Assembly: GCA_035317965.1 (NCBI GenBank)
Contig: DATHFT010000197.1
Span: 12,731-76,730, forward strand
DNA length: 64,000 nt
Direction: 5' to 3'
Source of the DNA: Candidatus Saccharimonadales bacterium
Lineage (GTDB): Bacteria; Acidobacteriota; Terriglobia; Acidiferrales; UBA7541
Positions 21,555 to 31,875 of the stretch are shown here, piece by piece. The notes under the pieces were generated by a model that saw only the letters and a list, made by a program, of their open reading frames with translations, had not been told where the DNA came from and did no database searches. The first letter of the stretch is position 1. Every line of letters begins with the position of its first letter. Made by a program: the position numbers and the translations under genes.

Positions 21555-23381
21555 TCAGTTTTTGGCTCTCTCAGCGATCCACTGCTTGACGTCCCGTTCC
21601 AACACGCTGAGAGGAACCGCGCCATTTGCCAAAACCTCATCATGAAACCCGCGTTCATCAAACTTCGTGCCCAGCGATTTCTCCGCCTCGGTTCGCAGCT
21701 CACGGATCTTTAGCTGCCCCAGCTTGTACGCCAATGCCTGGCCCGGCCACACAATGTACCGGTCCACTTCGACGGTAATATCCTGATCTGTCTTCCCCGT
21801 GTTGTCTTTGAAAAACTGCAGCGCCTGCTCGCGCGTCCAGCCCATCGAGTGCATCCCGGTGTCCACCACCAGGCGTACCGCGCGCCACATCTCATACGAC
21901 AACTGTCCAAACTTGGAGTACGGATCTTTGTACAATCCCAACTCTTCTCCCAAACTTTCCGAATACAGCGCCCAGCCCTCGACGTAGGCCGAGTAGCTGT
22001 TGTTTTTGCGGAACTCCGGAACGCCTTCCAGCTCCTGCGCGAGCGAAATCTGCAAGTGGTGTCCCGGCACTGCTTCGTGGAGAGAAAGCGCGTCCATCTC
22101 CCACTTCGGCCGCGCGTGCAAATTGAAGGTATTCACGAAATAGCAACCTGGCCGTCCCACACTTGGCGCTCCCGGCTGATAGTAAGCCGTGGTCTGCGAG
22201 GGCGCCTTGAAGTCGGGAATTTTGCAAACCCCATACGTCAGCCGTGGCAATTTTCCAAACAAATGAGCCAGTCCCGGATCCACCGTCTTCGCAATAACCT
22301 TATATCCATTCACCAACTCTTCTGGCTGCTCATAATAAAAGCGAGCATCGGTCCGCAGAAATTCCGTGAAGTCGTGAAAGCTTCCTTTAAATCCGGCGGT
22401 AGCAATCACCTTATCCATTTCCGCGCGAATCCGCTTCACTTCCGACAATCCAATTTCGTGAATCTCCTTCGGCGTCAAGGTGGTCGTCGTCTGCCATCGC
22501 ACGTGGTAGGCATAAGCCGCGGCCCCATTTGGCAAAGCCGTCGCCGCAATCGATTCGCGACACGCCGGCAAATACGTCTTTACCACGTACTCATGCGCTT
22601 TTTGAAACGCCGGCGCCACGCTGTCCGTAAAAACGTTCTTCGCCCGCTCGGTCAGCCGCGCTTTTTCCGCTTCGGGAAATCCAGACGGGAATTGCGTGAA
22701 TTGCTGCAATAGCGGACTCGCCAGGGGGTCCGCTGGCGTCAAATCCGCAAGCTGCTTCGGCACATCGCGCAGCATCAGCTTCGGCGGCGTGTAACCTCTT
22801 TGCAATCCTTCCTGCATCAGTACGATATTCTGCTCGACCCATTTCGGCAAGGCTTCCAGACGCGCCAGAATATCTTCATAGTCCGCCACTGTCCGATTCT
22901 GCATGTTGGAAAGCGTATCCGCCGCACCTGTCTGAATTCCTTCCATCTGATTCATCGGCATCCACAAATTGCGCGGAACCACGCCGCGAATCGGCATCGG
23001 ATCATCGCCGTACGGCAAGCCCTCCTGCGCCGTCTCCAGAAGCTCCAGATACAGGTCGTAGTCCAACCGGTCACGTTGCGGCAGGGATTCGCGCGAAATC
23101 GATTTCAAATTGGACAAACTTTCCGCCAGATACTTTCTCCGCGCCGCAATTCCCTCCGGCGAATCGTCCGTCCACTTCCGGTTTTGCCCTGGATAACCGA
23201 CGGAGGTCGCCACATCCGGATACTCGACCATCCACTGTTTCCAATCGGCGTCCAGGTATGCGTGAAATTTCTGCGCCGCTTCCTCACCGGGCTTGCTGGC
23301 GCTTTGTGCAAGCACGAGCATTGGAAGAAAAAACATCCCACTTCCTGTCAAAGCCAAAACCACAAACACTGTGCGTATCAA
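21555..23381 (-). CDS. DUF885 family protein (secreted)
   Basis: Signal peptide MIRTVFVVLALTGSGMFFLPMLVLAQS. Contains LHEAVPGHHLQ and YVEGWALY, typical of DUF885. The start overlaps the cmk stop by 4 nt. Confidence 0.8.
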   Translation of the reverse strand: MIRTVFVVLALTGSGMFFLPMLVLAQSASKPGEEAAQKFHAYLDADWKQWMVEYPDVATSVGYPGQNRKWTDDSPEGIAARRKYLAESLSNLKSISRESLPQRDRLDYDLYLELLETAQEGLPYGDDPMPIRGVVPRNLWMPMNQMEGIQTGAADTLSNMQNRTVADYEDILARLEALPKWVEQNIVLMQEGLQRGYTPPKLMLRDVPKQLADLTPADPLASPLLQQFTQFPSGFPEAEKARLTERAKNVFTDSVAPAFQKAHEYVVKTYLPACRESIAATALPNGAAAYAYHVRWQTTTTLTPKEIHEIGLSEVKRIRAEMDKVIATAGFKGSFHDFTEFLRTDARFYYEQPEELVNGYKVIAKTVDPGLAHLFGKLPRLTYGVCKIPDFKAPSQTTAYYQPGAPSVGRPGCYFVNTFNLHARPKWEMDALSLHEAVPGHHLQISLAQELEGVPEFRKNNSYSAYVEGWALYSESLGEELGLYKDPYSKFGQLSYEMWRAVRLVVDTGMHSMGWTREQALQFFKDNTGKTDQDITVEVDRYIVWPGQALAYKLGQLKIRELRTEAEKSLGTKFDERGFHDEVLANGAVPLSVLERDVKQWIAERAKN

Positions 23382-24100
23382 GCGTTCCTCCCACCAGTCT
23401 CAGCCAATGCCTTTTCCCGCTCCTGTGCCAGCAGCACGATCAGTCGCGCGGTCTCCTCCGCATCCATGGCGGTGTTATCCACCAGCACCGCATCGGCGGC
23501 CCGCACCAAAGGCGAAACCGTTCGCTCACGATCACGCTTATCCCGTTCGTGGACTTCCTGCAAAACTTCGGCAAGCGAAAAATGCTCGCCTTTTTCTCCG
23601 TGTTCTTTCCAGCGCCGCTCGGCCCGCACCTCTACTGAAGCTTCCAGAAATATTTTCAACTCGGCACGAGGGAATACCACCGTACCGATGTCGCGCCCTT
23701 CCATCACCACGCCGCCGCCCGCTCCAGCCTGCTGCTGCTCCGCCACCAGAATCTTGCGCACCGCAGCAATCGTTGCCAGTTGGGAAGCCGCCTGCGCCAC
23801 TTCCGCCGTCCGAATCAATGGCGTTACCTCCAGTCCGTCCAGAAACACACAGTTCTTCGCGCCCGCCGATTCCATTTCAACAGTCGGCGGTTTCAATTCA
23901 ATGTGCGTTTTGGAAGCCAGCGTTTGCAGCGAGGAATCGTCGGCGAGTGCAACGCCGTTTTGCAGCGCCTTGAGTGCGAGAGCTCGATACATGGCTCCGC
24001 TATCGAGATACAAATATCCGAGAAGCGCAGCAGCACGCCGGGCTACGCTGCTCTTCCCCGAGCCTGCTGGGCCGTCAATGGCGATGGTAAGTTTTGGCAT
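23378..24100 (-). CDS. cmk: Cytidylate kinase
   Basis: IAIDGPAGSGKSSVAR P-loop and YLDSGAMYRA. Confidence 0.92.
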   Translation of the reverse strand: MPKLTIAIDGPAGSGKSSVARRAAALLGYLYLDSGAMYRALALKALQNGVALADDSSLQTLASKTHIELKPPTVEMESAGAKNCVFLDGLEVTPLIRTAEVAQAASQLATIAAVRKILVAEQQQAGAGGGVVMEGRDIGTVVFPRAELKIFLEASVEVRAERRWKEHGEKGEHFSLAEVLQEVHERDKRDRERTVSPLVRAADAVLVDNTAMDAEETARLIVLLAQEREKALAETGGRNA

Positions 24101-24208
24101 CGGCTCGAAGTGGGCACCAGCGTCGTGCCCCGTGTTGCAACCGGTTGGAGCTTTAATACCAAGGCTCCAGCAATATTCAGGTATTTTCTATTTTGGCAAA
24201 AGGCAATT

Positions 24209-24973
24209 CTAAAAACCCATGATGTTGTAGCCGCAATCCACATAAATCGTATCGCCGGTGATTCCTGAAGCTCCATCGGAAAGCAAGAATGCAGCTGTTG
24301 AACCAACTTCGGCCGGATTCACATTGCGCTTAAGCGGAGCGCGCTCCGCGTGGCCTTTAAGCATTTCACCGAGGCCGGAAATTCCGCGCGCGGCGAGTGT
24401 TTTGATGGGACCCGCAGAAATGGCATTCACGCGAATATTTTTGGACCCCAGATCGCTCGCCAAATAACGGACGGTGGCTTCGAGTGCAGCCTTGGCGACT
24501 CCCATCACATTATATTTGGGCACAACTTTCTCCGCGCCAAAATAGCTCATGGTCACGATGCTCCCGCCTGCGGTCATCAAAGGAGCAGCGGCGCGCGAAA
24601 CGGCAATCAGCGAATACACGCTGATATCGTGAGCAATGCGAAAACCTTCGCGCGAAGTATCCACAAACAATCCGCTCAAATCCGCAGCCTGCGCGAATGC
24701 CACGCTGTGCACCACACCGTGCAAGGTACCAAATTTCATCCGCAAATCTTCAAACAATCTGGCGATCTGCTCGTCCGAAGCCACGTCGCACATAAATCCG
24801 GCGGCACCCGGCAAATCACCGATTAAATCCTTGGCTTCCTGCTCCAGGCGCTCATTTTGGTAGGTGATCGCCAGCTTCCAGCCAGCCTCGCTCAGTTTTT
24901 GCGCAATGGCCCAGGCAATGCTGCGTTTGTTGGCGAGGCCAAAAATCACTGCAGTTTTTTGTGTTTCGGTCAT
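24209..24973 (-). CDS. fabI: Enoyl-[acyl-carrier-protein] reductase (NADH)
   Basis: Contains GLANKRSIAWAIA, the SYFGAEKVVPKYNVMGVAKAALE (Tyr/Lys) region, and NAISAGPIKTLAA. Confidence 0.93.
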   Translation of the reverse strand: MTETQKTAVIFGLANKRSIAWAIAQKLSEAGWKLAITYQNERLEQEAKDLIGDLPGAAGFMCDVASDEQIARLFEDLRMKFGTLHGVVHSVAFAQAADLSGLFVDTSREGFRIAHDISVYSLIAVSRAAAPLMTAGGSIVTMSYFGAEKVVPKYNVMGVAKAALEATVRYLASDLGSKNIRVNAISAGPIKTLAARGISGLGEMLKGHAERAPLKRNVNPAEVGSTAAFLLSDGASGITGDTIYVDCGYNIMGF

Positions 24974-25055
24974 TCGTCATGCTCCCTATGGCCGGGCGGA
25001 AGCCCGGGTTCTACGCGGACGAATCCAGGATTCGCCACTGCAAAATCACTGCACT

Positions 25056-27041
25056 CTAGATGCGGTGAAAAGCCTTTTCAATTTCCTTCACCGAGTAGCG
25101 CAACACCACTGGCCGGCCGTGTGGACAACTCATCGGACAGTCGGTTTTCGCCAGCGCATCGAGCAACCATTCCATCTTTGAGGGCTCAAGCGGCGTATTG
25201 ATCTTGATCGCTGCATGACACGAAGTGGACGCTGCAATCTTCGCTTGCAGCGTGTCGATGGAAATCGCCGCGTTTTCGCTCTCCGTACCATCGAGAATTT
25301 CTGTAAGTAATTGTTCGGCATCGCCCGCGATAATTCCCGCGGGAACGCTTTGGATGGCTACACTCTTCGGCCCCATCGGCTCAACTTCAAAGCCGTTGGC
25401 AGCAAGCTCTTCGGCAATCTTTTCATAAATCACGATTTGCCGCGGAGACAGTTCCACAATCATGGGCATCAGCATGCGCTGTGACTCTATTTTCCCCGCC
25501 CGGCGCGCTGCAAGGTGCTGCTCGAACAAAACACGTTCGTGTGCAACGTGCTGATCGACGATCCACAGCCCGTCGCCGTTCACTGCAACGATAAAACTCG
25601 CACTCACCTGACCCAGGGGTTTCAGGTCGCGAATCTGGTCCTGGCCAGGAAGCGCGGCAGGTGCATCAGCGCTGAGGGCGGCAAGATTCGCGGCCCAGGC
25701 GGCCGATGGCGGGGCGGGCGGCGCTATCGGCCCTGCGAGGTCTGCACCTGCGGCAAATGAAAATCGTTGTTCAACGGGGCGCACCGGCGCGCCGCTTAAA
25801 TCGAAACCGCCCCCCGCGCCAACTCCAGAATCGATTCCGATTCCTTCCATCGCGGGAATGCTGGCCCGCGGCACCGCCGAGTATCCGGGATTTGTGGAAT
25901 TGGGTTCCGGGAGCCCGGACAGGGGAGCAGCAATACCTGGCTGGTGCGAAGGCACCGAGGGCGAACCCGCGGCAGCCGTCGCAAAACTGGGAACGGGTCG
26001 GGCGCTCACAAGCGCCTGGCGAATGGTGTCCCGCGTGAAATCGTGGACGAATTGCGAGCGGCGAAAACGGACTTCAATTTTCGCCGGATGCACATTGACG
26101 TCAACTTCATCGTAGGGCATTTCAAGAAAAAGAAGCGTGGCGGGGAAAACGGTCGGTGGAAGAATATTGCGATACGCTTCGTGAATTGCGTGAAGAATCA
26201 AACGATCGCGGACCAGCCGTCGATTGACGAAGACATAAATGCCATTGCGGTTGGAACGCTGCACATCCGGCCGCGACGTAAATCCGCTGACGGTGAGTGA
26301 CGCCTGCTCTTCGCCTTCTTCAAGTTGCGGCTCGCTGATGGCTGCCCGAAAGGGCGCAGATGTAGCGGGCAACTCCAAAAGCTCATCGAGCGACAGCTTG
26401 CCGAAAAGTTGGTAAACGCGATCCGCAAGTTTTTCAGTCGGCGGACAGTTGATAACTTCCTGCGTCGGGGTAGTAAGCACAAACTGTTTGTCGGGATTGG
26501 CAAGCGCATAGTGGGTCACGAGCGAAGCGATGTGGCCGAGTTCTGTGGTATCCGATTTCAGAAATTTTCTACGCGCGGGAACCGAATAGAAAAGATCGCC
26601 GACACTGATGGTCGTGCCGGACGGCACCCCCGCCGCCTTCACATTGATCAGTTTGCCGCCGGCAAATTCAATCCGCGTCCCCTCAGCCTCACTGGCATCG
26701 CGCGATTCCAGCACCAGCCGCGAAACAGCAGCAATCGTGGGCAACGCTTCCCCGCGAAAGCCCAGCGTCGAAATAGAAAGTAGATCATCCGCCGATTTCA
26801 GTTTGCTGGTGGCATGGCGCTCAAACGCGAGGAGGGCATCGTCATGCATCATCCCGTGGCCGTCGTCAATCACCCGAATCATGCGCTTGCCGCCCACTTC
26901 AATTTCAATGCGAATCGATTTCGCGCCTGCGTCAATCGCGTTTTCGAGCAGTTCTTTCACCACCGACGCCGGACGCTCCACTACTTCGCCAGCGGCAATC
27001 TTGTTGGCTACCGCCTCCGGCAATATGCGAATTCGGCTCAT
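25056..27041 (-). CDS. mutL: DNA mismatch repair protein MutL
   Basis: The ATG at 27041 gives MSRIRILPEAVANKIAAGEVVERPASVVKELLENAIDAG (GHKL ATPase). The C-terminal dimerisation domain has CPHGRP. The track's 23-codon N-terminal extension is not typical. Confidence 0.93.
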   Translation of the reverse strand: MSRIRILPEAVANKIAAGEVVERPASVVKELLENAIDAGAKSIRIEIEVGGKRMIRVIDDGHGMMHDDALLAFERHATSKLKSADDLLSISTLGFRGEALPTIAAVSRLVLESRDASEAEGTRIEFAGGKLINVKAAGVPSGTTISVGDLFYSVPARRKFLKSDTTELGHIASLVTHYALANPDKQFVLTTPTQEVINCPPTEKLADRVYQLFGKLSLDELLELPATSAPFRAAISEPQLEEGEEQASLTVSGFTSRPDVQRSNRNGIYVFVNRRLVRDRLILHAIHEAYRNILPPTVFPATLLFLEMPYDEVDVNVHPAKIEVRFRRSQFVHDFTRDTIRQALVSARPVPSFATAAAGSPSVPSHQPGIAAPLSGLPEPNSTNPGYSAVPRASIPAMEGIGIDSGVGAGGGFDLSGAPVRPVEQRFSFAAGADLAGPIAPPAPPSAAWAANLAALSADAPAALPGQDQIRDLKPLGQVSASFIVAVNGDGLWIVDQHVAHERVLFEQHLAARRAGKIESQRMLMPMIVELSPRQIVIYEKIAEELAANGFEVEPMGPKSVAIQSVPAGIIAGDAEQLLTEILDGTESENAAISIDTLQAKIAASTSCHAAIKINTPLEPSKMEWLLDALAKTDCPMSCPHGRPVVLRYSVKEIEKAFHRI

Positions 27042-27213
27042 TTTGCGCCCAGGCTCGTCCAACTCACGCGGGGTCCGATCCGCGCAAGTCTTGCCCGCGA
27101 GATGGCCCACTGAAATACAGCAAACACCGCCAGGCAGAACAGCGAACTACAACCGAGGAGCTTGCAGGCCGTGTTCGCCAGCTCATAGTCAGGTTGGTGC
27201 GCCGTCATTTCAC

Positions 27214-28986
27214 TCAGTCCTTGATTTGAATACCCAGCTGGTTGAGTTGCTCCGTATCTACTTCGCTGGGGGATTCTGCCATTAAATCTTGGGCTTTGGT
27301 GGTTTTTGCAAAGGCGATGACTTCACGGATGCTGGTTTCGCCGGAAAGCAGCATGACGACCCGGTCCATGCCGAGCGCGATGCCGCCGTGCGGCGGCGTT
27401 CCGTAGCTGAGCGCGTCCACAAAAAAACCGAAGCGGCGGCGGAGAGTTTCTTCACTCAGGCCGAGCGCTTTGAAAAGACGTTCCTGAATGTCCTGGCGGT
27501 GAATTCGGATACTGCCGGAGCCCAGTTCTACGCCGTTGAGGACCAGGTCGTAGCCCTTTGAACGGACTTCCCACGGAGCCGTTTCGAGTTTTTCCAGATC
27601 TTCGTCGACAATTCCCGTAAACGGATGCTGCGCGCTGACCCAGGCTTGATCGGAATTGCTCCATTCAAAAAGGGGAAAGCCGGTGAGCCAGAGGAATTTC
27701 CACTGTGATTTGTCGATAACGCCAAGCGCCTCACCCAGTTGCAGCCGGAGTTGACCGGCGACCAGCGCCGCCGCTTCGGTCCCTTTGATTTCTTCCCTGG
27801 CGCTGACGGCAACCACCAGGTCACCCGCTTTTGCGGCACACAACCCGGCCAGCTTCCCTACATTGTCCGCGCCGATTAGCTTCTCGACCGTTGAAGTCGT
27901 GCCGTCGGCGGCGAGTTTTACGAAGTAGGCGCCCCGTGCGCCTGCTGCTTTGGCTTTTTCGGTCAGTTCATCGAGCTGCTTGCGCGAGTAGGAAGCCGCA
28001 CCGGGAGCGGCGAAGGCGAAAACATTCCCCTCGATTTGCAATTTGGTTTTTGCTTCCTGGGGAAACGCGTCGGTAACTTCATGGAGTTCCATGCCGAAAC
28101 GCATGTCGGGTTTGTCGCTTCCGTATTTGCGGATGGCGTCTTTATAAAGCATGTGCGGAAATGGCGCGGCCGCCTTCACTCCTGCGACAGCGCAGGCGCG
28201 AACCATCACGGTTTCAATAACGCTGAAAATATCTTCCTGACGCGGGAAGGACATTTCCAGGTCGAGTTGCGTGAATTCCGGCTGCCGATCGGCGCGCAGA
28301 TCTTCATCGCGAAAACATTTCACGATTTGGAAATAGCGATCGAGCCCGCCGATCATCAGGATTTGTTTGAAAATTTGCGGCGACTGCGGCAGTGCGTAGA
28401 ACTGTCCGTGATGCACGCGGCTGGGCACCAGATAGTCGCGCGCGCCCTCCGGCGTACTGCGCGTCAGCATGGGCGTTTCGACTTCAAGGAAACCCATCTC
28501 GTCCATCGTCTTGCGAATTTCAAGCAGGATCTTGTGCCGCAATGCCAGGTTACGGTGCGGCTTGGGACGCCGCAAATCGAGATAGCGATAGCGCAGACGC
28601 GTTTCTTCCGCCGCATTGGTTTCGTCTTCGATTTGAAATGGCGGGGTCTTCGCGTTATTTAGAATGTGCAGCTTGGTTGCGTTGATCTCAATTTCGCCAC
28701 TGGTCAATTCAGGATTGGCCTTCTGCCGTTTGATGACCCGGCCTTCGACTGCGACAACAAATTCGCTGCGTGCTTGCTCGGCTTTGGCGTGGGCCTGTGG
28801 TTGCGTTTCTTTGTTAAAGACCACCTGCACAATTCCGGTGCGATCGCGAATGTCGAGAAAGAGCAAGTTGCCGAGATCGCGGCGGCGCGCGACCCATCCC
28901 ATAATCACCGCCTCGCGATCGGCGTCGATGGCGCGAAGTTCTCCGCAGTAGTGGGTGCGTTTCAGATTGCCTAAGAAGTCCAGCAC
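27214..28986 (-). CDS. aspS: Aspartate--tRNA ligase
   Basis: OB-fold N-domain (GWVARRRDLGNLLFLDIRDRTG) and class II motifs (FRDEDLRADRQPEFTQLD, GGIALGMDR). Confidence 0.96.
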   Translation of the reverse strand: MLDFLGNLKRTHYCGELRAIDADREAVIMGWVARRRDLGNLLFLDIRDRTGIVQVVFNKETQPQAHAKAEQARSEFVVAVEGRVIKRQKANPELTSGEIEINATKLHILNNAKTPPFQIEDETNAAEETRLRYRYLDLRRPKPHRNLALRHKILLEIRKTMDEMGFLEVETPMLTRSTPEGARDYLVPSRVHHGQFYALPQSPQIFKQILMIGGLDRYFQIVKCFRDEDLRADRQPEFTQLDLEMSFPRQEDIFSVIETVMVRACAVAGVKAAAPFPHMLYKDAIRKYGSDKPDMRFGMELHEVTDAFPQEAKTKLQIEGNVFAFAAPGAASYSRKQLDELTEKAKAAGARGAYFVKLAADGTTSTVEKLIGADNVGKLAGLCAAKAGDLVVAVSAREEIKGTEAAALVAGQLRLQLGEALGVIDKSQWKFLWLTGFPLFEWSNSDQAWVSAQHPFTGIVDEDLEKLETAPWEVRSKGYDLVLNGVELGSGSIRIHRQDIQERLFKALGLSEETLRRRFGFFVDALSYGTPPHGGIALGMDRVVMLLSGETSIREVIAFAKTTKAQDLMAESPSEVDTEQLNQLGIQIKD

Positions 28987-29102
28987 GGTGTCTTGTTCCC
29001 TTTCCTTAGTCCTGGTGTTGTGCTCTCGATTGATTCAGTTTCCGTATTTACAAACCAGCTTACCAATCCTCTGCATCGAAGATGCCGTCCGCCAGGACGG
29101 CG

Positions 29103-30530
29103 CTACACAGCTTTGAGAAAGTCCAGCAGTTGCGCTTCGGTCAATTTTTGCTGCGTGCCGTCGGACAGGGTCTTCAGCGTCCACTGCCCTTCTTTGATTT
29201 CGTTCTCGCCCATAATGAGTGCATGTTTGGCGTTCATTTTACTGGCACGCTCCAGGGCTTTGCCGAATTTCAATTCTGTCGGCGGAAGCTCTACGCTGAT
29301 TCCGGCTTCCCGCAGTTTTTGCGCGCCGCGTACTGCTGTTTCATAGGCGCCTTGGCCCATCCAAGCGATGAACACACTCGGCCCCTGGGCGACGGGAGCT
29401 TTGCCTGCTTCCTGCAGGGAAAGAATCAGACGATCTTCTCCAATGGCGAAGCCAATCCCTTTTGTGGGCGGGCCGCCGAGGAGCTCGACCAGGCCATCGT
29501 AGCGGCCGCCACCGCAGACAGCATTTTGCGAGCCAAGTCCCTTGGCGGTGATTTCAAACGTGGTGCGCATGTAATAGTCGAGGCCCCGGACCAGCCGCCA
29601 GTTTTCCTGATATTTCACTCCGCGCAAATCCAGATTGTGTTTTACGGCGGCGTAGTGCGCGGCGCAGGCCGGGCAGAGATGCTCGGCGATGCGCGGCAGT
29701 TTTTCAATAATGGCTTGCTCGTGCTCAAGTTTCGAGTCGAGCACGCGCAATGGGTTCGTTTCAATGCGGCGCTGGGAGTCCGCGCCGAGATGGTCTTTCA
29801 CTTTGCGGAGTTCTTCGCGCAGCAACTCGACATACTTCGGGCGACAGTCCGGGGCGCTGTGACCGATGGAATTGATGCTCAGCTCGGTGCCTTCTAGTTG
29901 CAAGCGATCAAAAAATGTCATCACCATTTCGATGACTTCGGCGTCGATGGCTGGCGCATCGGTGCCACCGAGAACTTCGGCGCCGATTTGATAGAACTGG
30001 CGGTATCTTCCCTTCTGCGGGCGTTCGCGCCGAAACATCGGCCCGCGGTAATACAACTTCACTGGCTGCGGCAGTTGGCCCATGCTGTGCTCGATATAAG
30101 CGCGGCACACGGAAGCCGTGGCCTCGGGACGCAAACTAATGGAAATTGCTTCGCCATCTGCAGCCGCGGTTTGCGATGAACGCGGATCGGGCCGATCGGA
30201 GAATGTGTACATTTCTTTTGAGACTATATCGGTGTCTCCGCCAACGGCCCGTGCAAATAATTCGGTTGGCTCAAAAATTGGAACCCGGATTTCGCCGAAT
30301 CCGAAAGTGGCGAACACTTCATGGGCGGCTTGCTCGACGTGATTCCACAATTGCGTTTCGGACGGAAGAAGATCACGGGTTCCGCGTATGGACTGAAACT
30401 GCTTGTGCGTTGCGCCCATGCGGGATTCGGCAGGTGACTCTTGCCCTTTTTGTTTGGCAGCGGCTTTGGCGCGATTGATTTCTTCCCACTGGGCGCGCTT
30501 GGCAGCTTTTTCCTGCTCGCGATCGCTCAC
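29103..30530 (-). CDS. hisS: Histidine--tRNA ligase (with Lys/Ala-rich N-terminal extension)
   Basis: Contains IRGTRDLLP, the class II core (MFRRERPQKGRYRQFYQIG) and GGGRYDGL. The GTG at 30530 overlaps the upstream stop (GTGA) and has GAGGAA upstream. An ATG at 30419 is an alternative start. Confidence 0.9.
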   Translation of the reverse strand: MSDREQEKAAKRAQWEEINRAKAAAKQKGQESPAESRMGATHKQFQSIRGTRDLLPSETQLWNHVEQAAHEVFATFGFGEIRVPIFEPTELFARAVGGDTDIVSKEMYTFSDRPDPRSSQTAAADGEAISISLRPEATASVCRAYIEHSMGQLPQPVKLYYRGPMFRRERPQKGRYRQFYQIGAEVLGGTDAPAIDAEVIEMVMTFFDRLQLEGTELSINSIGHSAPDCRPKYVELLREELRKVKDHLGADSQRRIETNPLRVLDSKLEHEQAIIEKLPRIAEHLCPACAAHYAAVKHNLDLRGVKYQENWRLVRGLDYYMRTTFEITAKGLGSQNAVCGGGRYDGLVELLGGPPTKGIGFAIGEDRLILSLQEAGKAPVAQGPSVFIAWMGQGAYETAVRGAQKLREAGISVELPPTELKFGKALERASKMNAKHALIMGENEIKEGQWTLKTLSDGTQQKLTEAQLLDFLKAV

Positions 30531-31045
30531 GGAGTGGGTTCCTCGCGATAAATATTCTTGTATTCGACGTAGCGCACGGCGTAGTCGTCGATGGAGGAGG
30601 CTTCAAAGGCGGTCAGCGGACGCTTTACTTTTCCGGGACTGCCCATCACGAGGCTGCCCGCGGGAATCATCGTCCGTTCCGGGATCAGCGTGCCGGCGGC
30701 GATAATGCTGCCTTCGCCGATGCGCGCGCCGTTCAAAATAATCGCTCCCATGCCGATCAGGCAGCGCGACTCAATCGTGCAGCCGTGCAGCGTGACGGAG
30801 TGGCCGACGGTGACGTCGTCGCCGAGCGTGAGCGGCCATTCGTCGCGCATGACGTGCAGCATGGAGAGATCCTGAATGTTGGTGCGCGCGCCGATACGGA
30901 TGTGGTGCACGTCGCCGCGGATGACGGTGCAGGGCCAGACGCTGGAGTCTTCGCCGATGACCACGTCCCCGATGATGACGGCGGCGGGGTCAATGTAGGC
31001 GGAGTCGGCGATTTCCGGGCGCTTGCCGCGGTACGGTCTGATCAT
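30527..31045 (-). CDS. Gamma-carbonic-anhydrase-like hexapeptide-repeat protein
   Basis: The ATG at 31045 gives MIRPYRGKRPEIADSAYIDPAAVIIGDV. Left-handed beta-helix repeats are present (IGARTNIQD, VTVGHSVTLHGC). Confidence 0.85.
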   Translation of the reverse strand: MIRPYRGKRPEIADSAYIDPAAVIIGDVVIGEDSSVWPCTVIRGDVHHIRIGARTNIQDLSMLHVMRDEWPLTLGDDVTVGHSVTLHGCTIESRCLIGMGAIILNGARIGEGSIIAAGTLIPERTMIPAGSLVMGSPGKVKRPLTAFEASSIDDYAVRYVEYKNIYREEPTP

Positions 31046-31184
31046 GCTATCCCTTTGATTCGGCAGCACATAGAACGAGCATGGCGGATGGGCCACAGCG
31101 CGATTTAGGGGCTTGCGCGAATTAGCAAAGATAACATTCGCGGGTGGCAGGCGCAAGGAACCGAAGATTGCAAAAAACTGAATG

Positions 31185-31790
31185 CTATTGGCTTATGGCC
31201 GAAGCACGGGCTGCATAGTATTGGCGATAGAAAGGATCGAGCACCACCGTGCCGGCAATGCAGTCATGTACCGTTTGGCGCTTAAGATTCGCAAACATAA
31301 ATATAACTTCGATAGTTATCCATGAGGATTGATAGTCCATGCATCGATCGAAGGTCAGAGTTTTGGTCGTCCCCTGCAGGTGGTAATTCTGACCGGCATG
31401 TATCAACCAGAGAAGGGCCACAGAACTGGCAATTGCGGCAACTAAGGAGTAAATCTCACGCAAAAGCGCTTGTTTCAAGCTTGGATTGCCGGTTTCTGAA
31501 ATATTGTAAACCCTAATTCCCGTCATCCATTTTCCGACCGTTCGGCCAAAACGCGCATGCATAATCACGCGATAGAGGATCGGACTGTATAGGAGCAAAG
31601 AATCACGAAAAAAGGAAAGCGCTGCCAACTCTGACGGCTGGTAAAGATAAATACAGCAAATAGCTATGGGAGCCAGGACGAAGGCATCAATAACTAATGC
31701 AAAAAATCGCGCCCAGAACGTCCTGTATTCTGGCGCAACGATTGCGTCAGCGCGAAATGCAGCTGGCAATGAAATTTGCCATGAGGTCAT
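31185..31790 (-). CDS. RDD family membrane protein
   Basis: Contains RTFWARFFALVIDAFV, GRTVGKWMTGIRV and VHDCIAGTVV, the three RDD-family blocks. G+C is noticeably lower than in the flanking genes. Confidence 0.75.
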   Translation of the reverse strand: MTSWQISLPAAFRADAIVAPEYRTFWARFFALVIDAFVLAPIAICCIYLYQPSELAALSFFRDSLLLYSPILYRVIMHARFGRTVGKWMTGIRVYNISETGNPSLKQALLREIYSLVAAIASSVALLWLIHAGQNYHLQGTTKTLTFDRCMDYQSSWITIEVIFMFANLKRQTVHDCIAGTVVLDPFYRQYYAARASAISQ

Positions 31791-31875
31791 TCAATCCGCC
31801 AACAATACAGATTCGTTATCATGTCTGAATCTGCGAACAGGGGGCAATCTGTTTTATCTAGCAATGCCAGTAATG

